Below, one piece after another: positions 12,417 to 25,053 of a stretch of 64,000 nt of DNA (its first letter is position 1; each line of letters begins with the position of its first letter). Source of the stretch: Ministeria vibrans ATCC 50519 (Eukaryota > Protista > Filasterea); the NCBI GenBank assembly GCA_943704425.1, contig CALSCP010000307.1:1-64000 (forward strand), given 5' to 3'. The notes under the pieces are model-generated. The model ran no database searches and had not been told where the DNA came from. It worked only from the letters and a program-made list of their open reading frames with translations. The position numbers and the translations under genes are program-made.

Positions 12417-15400
12417 TCAGACAGCCACGAAGCCGGTGAAATGCACAAAGTGCGAATCGTCAAAGGAGGTGTTGAGAGCACCCACGGCCGAGTCAACGCT
12501 GGCAACCATGCGGGGTGGACCTGTCGAGAACACGCCAATCTTTTGGTTGGGATGCAGGAGTTGCACCTGCTGAAGCACACTGACGAAGTCAGGGCGGCCA
12601 AAGTGCGTGACGGCCCGTGTGCCCGTGAGCACGCTGCGCTCACCCTGCGTCTCCGACGAGGACCGCTCCGCCACGTACAGCATCAGCGTGCGCAAGTCAA
12701 ACTTCTGCTTGGCCTGCGTAATAAACACGTGCGCCTCCAGAATGCCGTCCTTGTCTTCTTCCTCCGCCTCGCGAATCACATCGATGAACCACTCAAATTT
12801 CTTCTGTGAACGACACACCCACAAAAAGTAGACATGCTGCACGACAGAGCGACGCGCCCGCTGCACCAAATCCTTCAAGATGGACGCGTAGGGCGTGACG
12901 CCAATGCCTCCGCCAATGAGCACGGCCGTCTCGTAACGGTACCACTCCTGGGCACTCTCGCCAAAGGGTCCCTCAATGTAGAGTGGAGGCAGCGCCTGCA
13001 CTATTTGGTCTGTCTTGGCCTCGGTTGCACTGTGATGCGCCGTGCGCGTGTCTGGGTACACCTGCGCAAGACGCCGCGTCCACCGACCCACTTGGCGAAT
13101 GTGCATCTGCAGGTGGTCTTCATGAGGTGCCGACGTAAGCGTGAACGGGTGGAACTCGCCCCTGCTGATGCCCGCCGTCGCCACACGCACCCACATGCCC
13201 GGCTGGTAGACAAACGAGGCGGGGCGCTCAAAGACGAGACTGATCACGCCGCTCGGCAGATGACGCACTTCAATCACCCGCAGTGCGCGGTGGCGGCGCG
13301 AGAGTGTGTACAGCTTGTCGAGCACATACACAAAGATGGAGGGCGCCAGGAAAAACTGGAAGTAGGGTGCCTGCACCAGCTGGAGCGAGCCATGGAGCAC
13401 AGTCAAAATGTAAATGAGGGGCGACAGGTAGCGGTGGGTCAGCGTGAAAAAGTCGTAGGCGTGGCGGCGCATGTAGGGTGTGAGGAAGGCCACAAAGGTG
13501 ACCACGACAAAGACAAGGGTGTAGCCAGTGATGCCCGTCATCGTCTGGAACAGCCAGTAGGTGTAGCCAGGCGTCTCGGACGAGTAGTGAAATACGGCTG
13601 GCAACAGACACGTCAAGTCCTCGCTGGGCTGCGTCACAATGCTGTAAAAGTTAACGCAGTGCCCGGCCGTGTGCACCAGCGCCGCACCCACAAAGGTCCA
13701 GCCAACGATGCTGTGAAAGGAGATGGCCTCGTCGAGGGGCAGCAAATGGCGAACGGGCGTCGAGCGCAGCAGTGTGATGGTGTTGCGCGACACAGCGAGC
13801 AGAAGCACCGAGAGTGTGAACATAATGACGGAGGCAGAGCCGCGTGTGGTCGCCACACCAAAGCCAGTGATGCGGCGCAGTCCACGTGACTCGCGCAGAT
13901 AGCCGTAGTAATGGAAGCGCTCGACAAAGATGAGAATCACCGCAATGGTGTAGAGCGACAGCCAGAAGACGGAGAGGCGGTTATCGCGCAGCCAAGCTCG
14001 CATACGCGTCCAGCGCGTGGACACGGCAAGAGGCACGGCGTTCAGGTGTGCCACCGACGGCGGTTCTTTGGCGCTCTTGGTGAGCGGTCGATCAATGCCC
14101 AGCATGTTGCTGTTCGACATGGCGCCCATGTGGTCCGACGAAGGTGGGCCGTCGTGCGCGTTCACTGATTCATTGGACGCGTTCAATTGCGAGCGGCCCT
14201 CAAGCAAGTCAATAACCGCACGCGATTTGGGACGTTGTTGCGATGCCCGCGACGCGACCGCGCGTGCTTGCGCCGCCTCAAACTCCGCCTGTGCTTGGGC
14301 CTGTGCGGCAATGACTGCGGCGGCACTTGATACCGACGTGGACTGACGTCCCGGCTGCGGCACCGACACACTTCCGCGCAGTAGTGTCGGATTGCGCCCT
14401 GGCAGGTGTCGATTGGGATGCACCGACACAACCGATGTGCGACGACTTGCGACACCAATGGCCGAGACGGGTCGAGCCTCACCGTCGACCAGCTCTGCAC
14501 CGTCGCCATTGCCATCGCTACTCGGCGTGGGGCCCGTCGACGAGCCCAGGGCCACTTTGATGCGGTGGAAGGGGGAGCGACCACCCGCACGCGTCGGCTT
14601 CATATCAAAGTTGTTGTTCATGGAAGACATGGCCGGATTGAACTGCATGTCGTCGAGGAGCACCGTGTGTTCAACGCCAAGTAGACGCTCAAAGGCGGCC
14701 AGGGTCATGTCCTGCCCGGCTATTATGCCTGCACGCATGTACAGACGCTTCGCCAGCTCGTCGACGTGATCGCTGCTGAGCAACTCGACGCCGCTCGCCT
14801 CAAGGTTTGCGCGCAACATCATCTTGAACGTCTCAAAGTCAATGGTGCCGTCGCCATTAACGTCGTACACACCAAAAAGAAAATTCATCTTTTGTTCGGG
14901 TGTGCCGCGCGACATTGTCGTCAGCATGTCGAGCACCGCACGAAAGGGTACATGATCACGGCCGGGACCCACGAGCATGTCGCACACCTGCTTGGCAAAA
15001 GCACCGTCCGGGGGCAGGTCAAACGCAAAGCAGAACTCAGCGCGAGTGAGTGTCTTGTGCAAAAGAGCGCCCGTGGTGGGACCCAGCGACTCGACAATGC
15101 GGTGGATCTCAATGTCCGGCGTGTCCGTTGTAACCCGGCTGAACGGTTGCGACATGGCGACGCGCAGGAAGCGACGCACTTCGGCTTGACGGTCTTCTCT
15201 GGCGACAAGGCGCTTTTGAACCTGACGGTCCGACAGCGGCTTGTTTGTGTCGATGAGTAGACAGCCGGTGGCGTACGAGTGTTCGGCGGCGCGCAACTGC
15301 TCGAGGAAGGCATCGCGTCGCGAGACCGCACCAAACATGATGTGCGTGGAGTGATGCATGGGGTCGAGGAAAAGAACGCCGCACGTGTTCACACGTTCGT

Positions 15401-16401
15401 CGCCACAGGCGTACACTTGGACAGGATACTCACGCTGGGTCGGATGGATCTTGCGCATAAGAGTAAGCGACGTGGCATCAAACAGTAGTACGCCCGTGGT
15501 GCCGTCCGAAATGGCGACGTAGCAGGCGGTTGGCTGGGCGTCGCGCGACGACAGATCGATTGCCCCGTGCAACGTCAGGTTGTCAATGGTAAGGACGTCG
15601 GGTGCGCTGACGCCGTCGATGCAGGCGCCAGTGGGAATGAGAGCCGGATCGACGCGTGTCCACCACGACGACCAGAAGGGGTTGTGGAAGACACCAAAGA
15701 AGCCCCACTTGTGTCGACGCCACGTTGCGGCAAGATACATGCCCAGAGCGTTGAAAAGAATCCACACGCCAATGGCGCCCAGGGCCCACGCTGTCTCCTC
15801 GCGACCTTCCGTGTCGTTGTAAAAATCAAATTCGTGCAGTTCGGTGCACTCTTCCATGTCAGACACCTCGAGCTGCTTTGGTTGGGGGCAAGGATCGCCG
15901 TTGACGTGGTGGAAGACGTCGTCCTGAATGTCGTCGTGAGCGATGGCCGTGTTGCGACGGATGAGGTCTGCTATCGTCGTGTTGTGGATGATGGCAATCT
16001 CTTCGGCGGAAAAGAGTGAGTTCTTGGTGTTCTCAAACCACCAGCGGTCAGCGTCGCGGATGCGCGAGAACTGATCAATGATGATGGTGGTAAAGAGTTC
16101 ACCGGGGTCCATGCCTGTCTCGACAATGCCTCCGGCCCACACGTCAATGTTATCCAGCGACCCATTGTACGCCCGCTCCAGCGCCTCCCACGCGCCATTA
16201 TTGGGCACGTCCGGCGACGGAATCTCACTGAAGTTGGCCTTGCGTGGCAGCCCAAATGCTGAGAGAGAGAGTATTATTATGATACCAAAATAATAATAAT
16301 AATAATAATAATAATAGTTATAATACTATAATAGTTATAATACTATTATAATAATAATAATAATAATAATAGTTATAATACTATAATAGTTATAATACTA
16401 T

Positions 16402-16458
<57 letters not shown>

Positions 16459-16529
16459 ATAATAGTTATAATACTATAATAGTTATAATACTATAATAGT
16501 TATAATACTATTATAATAATAACAACAAC

Positions 16530-16568
<39 letters not shown>

Positions 16569-16581
16569 ATACGAAGGAGAG

Positions 16582-16615
<34 letters not shown>

Positions 16616-18385
16616 CAATTAATAATAATAACAATAAAATAATAATATTATAAGAATAACATTACGTCTTATAATAATGCACCGACTGGTCAAGTCAAAA
16701 ACCAAACTATAAATGATCAAAACAGAGAGGAAAATAAACAACATGAACGGCTTACCTTCTCGAATGGTCTGGTAGTCGGGGACACCGTGGTCGCGGCCGC
16801 GCTGGATGTTGAGGACCATAAGGTCGCGACGAGACTGGTCGAGGGGTCCTTGAACAAAGTTGCGCAGGTCCTCGACAATGATACGGTCTTCGCGCTCGCA
16901 GATTTGCGACGAGAGACCCATTAGCATGTCGGCAAGGCCATGCTCGAGGACAGCCTCGTTAGGCGTGAAGAAGGAGTTACAGGTGCGAAAGGCAATGTTG
17001 CCAGCGTCGCCCGTCGCGTTGGTCGTCGTATGAAAGACGCACTGGTTGTTGCGGCGGTAGCCTCCGGGTGGCACGACGGTGTGGCCAAAGCGCATAGCAG
17101 CAACGTGGAAGGGTTGCGAGATGCCCGGTGACGTCGTCGGGTGGTAGCCCGTGTAGGCAGGCAGGTCCTGGTTGGTGAAGGCGGGCACCCATTCGTAGGC
17201 GGTGATGCGCTGCTGATGGGCAATGGTCCACTGGCGGGCACGCTGGTAGAGGTCCTCGTCGCTCCAGTCAGGGTGGATGTTGCGCAACCGACGCGCTTGG
17301 TAGTTGTGCTCGCGGTAGAGCAACAGCTCGACGGAGAGCAACATGGGGTTTTCGTTTTGAGCGGCGTTGCCGGTGCGAAAGAAGCGCGCAGGCGAGATTT
17401 GGCGATTGACCGTGGGCGGCGCAGGGTTCTCCATCCCAATGCCAATCGTATTGTACGAGGGGTACTCTTCGCCGTTGATATCTTGCGTGAGCAGCTCGCC
17501 GTTGGAGAAGGAGCGGATGGCGTCACTGACGGCACGACGATCGCCATAGATGACACCGCCGTCAATATAGGGTGTCAGCGTGTTGAGCTGTTCGCGCGGG
17601 TTATTCGGCCCCTGGCCCGATTGGGCGGCAAAACGCGATCGATGGATGGGCATCCATTTCTCGCCGGTACAGTCGTGGTCAAAGGGTTGGTCACACAGGG
17701 GAACTTGAACATTGAAATATTCGGTGGGACACACCGGTGGCTGGACCGTCACCAGCTCCATGACGGTGAGCTGGCCAAAGAAGACCATGAGCGCAGTACG
17801 ATTACGCCACGACCCCAGACCCGAGGCGCCCTTCATGACCTCCTCCGAGATGAGACGCGGGTTGGGCCGTCCGCGACCGGATGGAATGTAGACGCCGTCA
17901 TCATAGGCGGCCTTCGCAACCCGTTCCAGCGGCTGGTCCACAATTCCGAGACTCGGAACACCAATGTTGTTGTACCTACGGTCGCAGCGTGCGAGCAATT
18001 AGCAAAACGGCAGGGAGACGTTGAGTGGCAGGAGGTGTGATAACAAAAGAATTTGAACTTTTTTTTTTTTTTTTTTTTTTTCCCTCTTTCGGCTCAAATG
18101 GAGCAGAAGGGCGCGACGATGGCACCAAGGGTACACGGCAGCGTGGTTGGTGTCACAAAGACATCTTGACTGAGCTGGGGAGTTGTCGTACCATCCGCTG
18201 TAGGATTGGCGCTCTCTCGTCGACGCATCAAAGTCAATAAGATAATTTGGGTTCTCGTTGAGAAGCGCCGCGATGTTGCTCAAGCTCGTGTTGGTCACGA
18301 GCGGCAGCGTGAGTTGCGCATGAGCCACGGGCGACAGAAGCGCCGCGGTTGCAATGAGCGTGAACACGATCACCCTGAGGTGCAT
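12417..18385 (-). CDS. DUOX: Dual oxidase: signal peptide, peroxidase-like domain, TM, EF-hand, NOX core. Three exons (~18385-18192, 17975-16756, 16258-12417).
   Basis: Signal peptide MHLRVIVFTLIATAALLSPVAHAQ. Spliced GWYNN, then PNPRLIS, RFGHTVVPPG, NIQRGRDHGVPDY and QFSRIRDADRWWFEN. EF-hand YDVNGDGTIDFETF. Heme His pairs, HPFTLTSAP, EGPFG, GGGIGVTP and THFGRP. Confidence 0.95.
16288..16650. repeat. Intronic (AAT)n/(AAC)n microsatellite with aatactataatagttat units
   Basis: Seen directly, inside DUOX intron 2. Confidence 0.9.
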
Positions 18386-18929
18386 ATTCGGCAAGTAATG
18401 GAGCGTCCGGAGTCGCGGAGCGAGAGTACGAGTCACAACTGCGTATGTGGGCAGGTTGCAATGCAACAGTGAAAAGAGTGAAAGACCAAAGACAATTCTC
18501 AGCGAACTCCTGATCAGACGAGGGTCGCGGTGAGTTTTATTTTGGTTGGGTCGCCGAGTTGACACCAAAGCAAAATAAATAGTGGTGTGAACTGTTCGTA
18601 GGACGACCGAAATATGCAACAGGTTGTGCTGGGAGCCATTGGAAACAAGGGTTTGTAGACATTGAGCGAGAACCGAATGCAAACCGACGCCGTTGCAGAG
18701 CTACACAACGCAATGCTACACGGCGAGTAAATAGGATTTCGTTTTTGCATTAATCGATCATTCTTTTCAACTTACTCGTGCTTCTCCACCGCGCGTCTTG
18801 TGTGAAGTGTGAACCGTCTTCTTCAAAAACACCCCCCCCCCTNNNNNNNNNNCCCCCCCCCCCCCCCCCCCCGGGAGTTTGCAATAGTGACTGTGTGAGC
18901 GGGTGTGCGGTGCGCGCAAGTGAGAAAGT

Positions 18930-20653
18930 ATGTCCAACCTACTTGATCCCTATGCTTCCGACTACTGGTATGCGGAGCCGTGCAACACGCTGTCGGTGTT
19001 CAGTCGTGGAGCCCCTTTGCCCGTGTGGTACTGTCCGCGTCATGCGAGCGTTGGCCTGGTACGAACAATGGGGAAAACGAAAGTGGGGGTTTTTGTTTGT
19101 TGTGTGTCTCGCGTCGTGTCGTGTCGTGAGCGAGTGTGCTGCACTGTGGTGCTTGGTGTGTAGCAGCGCCGCATGGTGCGGCATGCGTGAGAATGGTTCT
19201 TCATGAATTGGCTGTTGGGTTGCACACTCGGCCTGTCCATTTGAGTCACACACCAGTCGCGAGTTCGCAGACCTTTCTCGCGCTCGTACGGCCCAGCACA
19301 CCCATTGGCCGTCGAGACTCGAGTGGATGCCGAAGAGCAGACGCTCGTTGCAGGAGTGGCGTCCTTGGAATCTCCTTGCGTTTGCCTGGAATGTGTGAAA
19401 ATATGCGTCATCCGCAAGCGATAGCAACGCTCGTCCTGCCTGTCGCCACTGCACATGCAGTGCGACGATGCTATGCAGCAGGCTTGTCTGTGAAGAATCC
19501 GTCGTGTTGTGGCGTCTGGCTGACTCTTATCCTTGGGAATAAGCTTCTTTTGCTCTCTCTGGTATGAATGAATTATTACTAAATGGGGCGGGGTTTTTTG
19601 TTCGCAGGACCTCTGGCTTCTGGGCATTGGTGTGTCCTTTCTGGTGGTCTATTTATGTTTTCTGTTCATTTTGCCGACATTTCGGTTCTCCAAGGTTTGA
19701 AACACGGACGAAATGGGCATTTGTTATCATAATTGTATGGTGTATTTTTATTCCGCGTACAGCACACACTGCTCATGTATCTTGGCGTCGGCTTGGGTCT
19801 CTTTTTGGGCCTCACCATCATGTGTACGTGAGAATATCCGTGCGCCACAGTCTGTTTTCTAATCATTATTTTGGGATTTGGATTCCAGTGGGACAATTTG
19901 GGTATGGATGGCAGACGGCTTCCGTAGAGACACTCACTGAGTATTCTGCGTCCAACAAGACCATACGTGCGCGTGTGGGCGTTCACATTGGTCTCACTGG
20001 TTTCAACGTTACTCTCAAAGGTCAGTTTGTAAAAAAAAAAAAAAAAAGTTGAATTTCAATTGACATTTTTTTTCCAAGGAATACCTGTGCGTCAGTACAA
20101 CGAGACGATTGACTACAACGAGCACTTTGATTATGGCCCCGATGCCGGCATTGGTATTGGCTATGCGGCGCCCAATGCGGGTGTTCTGCGCCAAGAGACG
20201 CGCGCGGCACACTACCGGGGTGCGCCTTACCCCATCCTGTACGTCCAAAAGGGAGAGAGAGAGAAGTGCACGTGGCCATGGGTGAGAACTAACGCGTATT
20301 TTGGGTTGTAGGTACATTGTCGAGTACTTTCACTTTGACGTGCTGTTCATCAGGTGGGGTCGTTACTATCGGCAAGGCGGTTACTACGCCCAGATTTGTC
20401 TCTGGACGGCTTTTCCTCTTTGGTGCGACAGAACGTGAACAGACTTGCATCTCCTTGCCTTACATTGTTTCCTTTGTTTTCCAGGCTCATTGCGTGCTCT
20501 ATGGTCTTTTTCAATCTTACCGTCTCGGCCTGGTGTTTTGTCTTAATGGGCGCGCTAATGGTACGGCGCATAGAAACTACGATCAGAGAGACGAGGGAGA
20601 AATAACTATAATAATATTATTTTATTATTACTATTATTATTAGTTGTGATATG

Positions 20654-20694
<41 letters not shown>

Positions 20695-22299
20695 ATTTGT
20701 GACTGTGTGTTATTGTGAGTCTCTGTTCCACACGGGCTTTTTATTCACTCCTCCCTATAGATTATCGCCTGTGCGGAATGGGCCATTGAGATTGTGAAGC
20801 CACGACCAGACTTTATCATTCCTTTTCCGGGCGGTGTGCTTCACTTTGAATATTCGTGGTGCTTCTACCTGACGCTGGTGGTGGGCATAGTGTCGCTGCT
20901 GATGGGCCTGGTCTTGCTCTATCTGGTGCACACGGGAGCCGCTGCGCGTCTTTTCTCCTACGCCAATGGCAATCCCATCAGCGAGACGTCCGCCAGCGGC
21001 GATGTCTACAAGGCGCCTCTGGACCGCTCGGCCGATCTGCACATGTCCAATGATGGCAGCATTGCCTTTGCGAGCTCCTCATTGCAGGTCCAGAGTAACT
21101 CAGACGTCCAAACACTGCGGCGCTACACGACCATCGCTAATCGACTCAAGACGCTGGTGGAGTTCCAAGAGCGCATTGCCACCATCAACGTGCTCACGCC
21201 GGCGCACGCGGGACTGGGCAAGAGCAGTATCTACGCTAAACAGCCCAGTCGCGTCGGCTACATGGGTCAGCGTGGCCCGTCCATGGCTAACACTCTGTCG
21301 GGCTCCGACGTCCATCAGCTGAATGTGCCTGTGAGCCGTCTCAGCTCGGCCAGTCAACCCCGGCAGCCCATGTCGTTCCACCCGTACGCGCCTCAGGAAT
21401 CGCAGAACAGACACTCTGAGCAGTCCCACGACGCCGACACCGGCTTGGGTCTCTGGCACAATGCGTCGCGTGGCGATGGGCACCGACACCAGGCATCGCC
21501 TACGGGCAGCGTCAGTAGCCTTGACTTGGCTCTTATGAATGGCTCACGCAGCGGTCTGCAGATTGCCATTCCCATGAACACGCTTGCCTCACAGCCTCCC
21601 CGTCCACACTACCACGACAGCGACGACCAACTCCGCACGACACAGAGTGTTTTGCTGCAGCGACAGCGGGATGCACCACCGCCCCTCGAGATGCATTCAA
21701 GTGGGCTGCTCGAGACATACGACTCGAGTGCCATGTCCATTGGTAGTGCGGCCGGCGTGCACGGTCTTAAGGCAGCCCAGCTCGCAGCCATGGGTGTGGG
21801 TGCGCCGGGCAGGCGCAAACACTCGTCTAGCAGCAACACAAGCGCCAACCAAAACCACAATGTGTCACCTCGTGGTGGAAAGGTCCACCCGATGCGACTC
21901 TCGACGGGCTCCCTCAACGAAGGCGGTCCTTTCGTCTCCGACCACAGCTCCGACCGTGTTGCCATGCGACCAGGTGTTGAAGGCGCCCGCCCTCGTGCTG
22001 GTCGCTCCTCCTCGTCCAGTGCCACACCGTCGTTGGCATCGCCGCGCGAGGTGCTTGCCGACGACACAGCACAGTCGCCGCGTCTGCTGCCCGGTCAGAT
22101 TCCCTCGCCACTTGACGGTGGCAGCTCGGGCGACACCGACAGTGCTCTCCCTTCCAGTCCGAGCAACTCGCCGCAGGCTGTTTCAGACGAGTCCGGCATT
22201 CAACGAGGCGCCAACAGCGGAAGCGACGATACCATGGCGCCCAACAAAAAGGCTGGCGGCGCAGTGGGGTTTGCTGCGCCTGCCACAGTCGATGTGTGA
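18930..22299 (+). CDS. DUOXA: Dual oxidase maturation factor, multi-exon, with a long low-complexity C-terminal tail. Start codon uncertain.
   Basis: Spliced exons give FLFILPTFR, LGLFLGLTIM, W..ASVETLTEY, ARVGVHIGLTGFNVTLKG, PVRQYNETIDYNEHF, GAPYPILYIVEYF, RWGRYYRQGGYYA and LHFEYSWCFYLTLVVG. These match the DUOXA/NIP family. Confidence 0.88.
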
Positions 22300-22638
22300 T
22301 TTTCATTTTTTGTCTTCTGTTTTGTAAAAATTTGTTCGTGATTGATTACTTCAACACCCCAAAGAAAGAGCTAGGCTAAGTTAGTGTGAGTTACGTGTCT
22401 GCGACAATAACATTTATAAATATTCTTATTAGGAAAATACATAGAGAATCGAGAGCTGTACTCAATGTCAAAACAAGCCAAATTTAGCCAATACACAAAA
22501 CAAATTAGCAAGGACGTCAAAGAGCAGCACAATACTAAATACTTACATCGATAACTAACAATACTCGATCATGAACGAACTATTTAGAACCGGACTATTT
22601 TTCGAGTCATTATTTTTAATTTTTTATTGTATTTTGTC

Positions 22639-22895
22639 ATGGACGGAGAGCAGGGCAAAGAGCCGTTGACGCACGGCGCGACAAAGCCGTTCCCCAAGCA
22701 CTGGGGCGAGCCACCGATGATTCAGACGATGGACTACCGTCCGTACCCCGAGGGATACGGGAATGGTGCGCAATCCACTGAAATGCAAGTTTGCGCTCAA
22801 CCCGACTGTTTGCATGGTGTGCAGGATCGGGAACGGTTGCACGGTGGATTCAAGAGAACATTGACAAGGATAAGGCCGCCGACGCTGCAAAATGA
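22639..22895 (+). CDS. 65-aa microprotein with an HWGEPP-x-IQT...GYG-x-GS-x-T-x-ARWI motif. Intron 22766-22824.
   Basis: Removing a 59-nt GT..AG intron gives MDGEQGKEPLTHGATKPFPKHWGEPPMIQTMDYRPYPEGYGNGSGTVARWIQENIDKDKAADAAK*. It is a GC-rich island in AT-rich flanks. Confidence 0.7.
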
Positions 22896-22993
22896 AGACG
22901 TACCTTCTGTTCGTGAGAATTCAGAAAAATAATTAGTACTGAATTTTTGGAGGTGGCAAATAGTAGAGTGTTCATTCATTTGGAGGATACGCG

Positions 22994-23845
22994 TTAAATA
23001 CGCTTCACCAGCTCCTCGGCCGGCAGTCCTTCAAAGGCAATCTTGTGGATCACGGAGAAGAGGGGGAACTACAGATGCGGGATCAGTGGAGAAGGACACA
23101 CACACACACACGCACACACACTCAGGGGACAGTACCTCATCCTCATGCTTGGCCTGCTTCAGGATGAGTTGCACTTCCAGACACGCCTCTGTGCCCTGCA
23201 GCTTCTGTCCGTTGAGCAGTTCCTCCTCAATTGCCGCCCAAGGCTTTCCAGTCTACGCCACTCTGATCAGCACGTGCATTGAATCGGGAGTGGGGGTTAC
23301 TTTAACGAAGGCTTCGGCGCACTTGCGGTTTCGTCCGCCATTGCACGTTGTAATGAGATCAGCCACACCGCAGCTCTCAAAGAAGATGTCGCTGCCAGAT
23401 ATTTATACAGTATAGAGGAGGAATAGGGAGAAAGAGAGAGAAGAGAAAGAAACAAAGTTTGTGTGTATGTGCGTGTGAGAGTGTGTGAGAGAGGACAGGA
23501 AGGAGAAGAAAAAAAAACAAAAACGGGGAAGGAAAAATAAGGGAGGATGAACGAAGCAAAGTGACATAGAGAGGGGAGAAAGATGAAATGTATGGGCAAG
23601 CGCAACACATACACACACAATATAATATATATATTTATATACTATACGTACCGGTGCTCAAGGGTGTAGTGGAGGCGGACAAACTTGATCATCTCTTGCA
23701 GCCCAATGCGGATGATGGCCGCCTTGGTGTTGTCGCCGTAGCCCAGGCCATCCGAGAAGCCGGCACCCAGCGCAACAATGTTCTTCAGTGCACCGCACAG
23801 CTCCACAGGCGCAACCTATCATAACAGTGATGTTAACAGTGAGCA

Positions 23846-23880
<35 letters not shown>

Positions 23881-24815
23881 AATCCTAACGCTTTCTGACC
23901 TCCGAGACGACGGCAACGCGGAAGTACGGGCGCGTAAGCATCTTGAGGTACACGTCGCGCATATCGGCGTCACGGCAGCCAACAGTTGTCTCGCAGAAGT
24001 GCTCGTCGGCGACCTCGTGCGCAATGTTGGCGCCAGACAGCACCGACACTGGGATGCGCAGGTGGTCAGCCAGGATCTGCGACACCAGCTGCAGCCCGTT
24101 GCTCGTGTCCACACCCTGTGGCGCACCGTACATTTTCAATACAGGTGACTGTCTTCCATCCTTGTGGCGCGTACCTTGATGAGAGAGAGCGCATGTGCCG
24201 TGGGCTTCACATGTCCTTCGAGCTGACCGCAGAGTCGCTTCACAAACTGATGAGGCACAACCCACACGAGAATGTCCGCGTCCGCTACCGCCTCAGTCAG
24301 CTCGGGCACCGCAACAATGTTCTCGGGCAGCTGGCGACCAGGCAGGTACTTGACGTTCTCATGCTACACAAGAGAAGGCACGCAAGCAGTCAGGAGGGCT
24401 GTCGGTGTGGTGTAATGTCATGTCATGTCTTGTCATGTCATGTCGTACGCGAGTGTTGATGATCGTCGATAGCTTCTCGCCATCGACAATTTCCTCATAG
24501 ACATACATGCGCACCTAGAAGAACATACGTCGTGCGCGCAGACGTCGGATGAGTGCGGCACACACAGCAAAAACGCGCGTGATAAAAAAGGCGTGATTTG
24601 GATTTCCCTTTGGAAAAATCGCAATGGAACTCACCTCTCGCTCAAAGGTCTCAGGGTGCTCCAGCGCGTTTGCGCCAATGATTCGGGAGATGGCTGATCC
24701 CCTACACAGACGCACAGACGCGCCCACGCGCCCGCACATCGTGAGTTTCGGGACGACTGAACTGGGGATGGGCGTACCAATTGCCGCTTCCAATAATGGC
24801 CACTCGATACGGCAT
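22994..24815 (-). CDS. GPD1: Glycerol-3-phosphate dehydrogenase (NAD+), multi-exon
   Basis: [13 protein letters not shown]|[24 protein letters not shown]...[44 protein letters not shown] and FPLF. Confidence 0.93.
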
Positions 24816-25053
24816 TCTGATCACTAACTATACTACTATACCGGTTTTGTTCGACACTAACGGTTACGAAAGAAGGAAAATCGGTGAGAGACCAACTGGA
24901 TTTCGCAGACTGTGCAATGGATCATGGACACTCGTCACTCTAACAACACTCTCTGGATCCAAAACTCCAAAATAATAATATAATATTCATTTTCTTTTTA
25001 TAAGACACTTTGTTGTTGCCGGCTTCCTGATACGTTTTGAACCATTTCACAGT

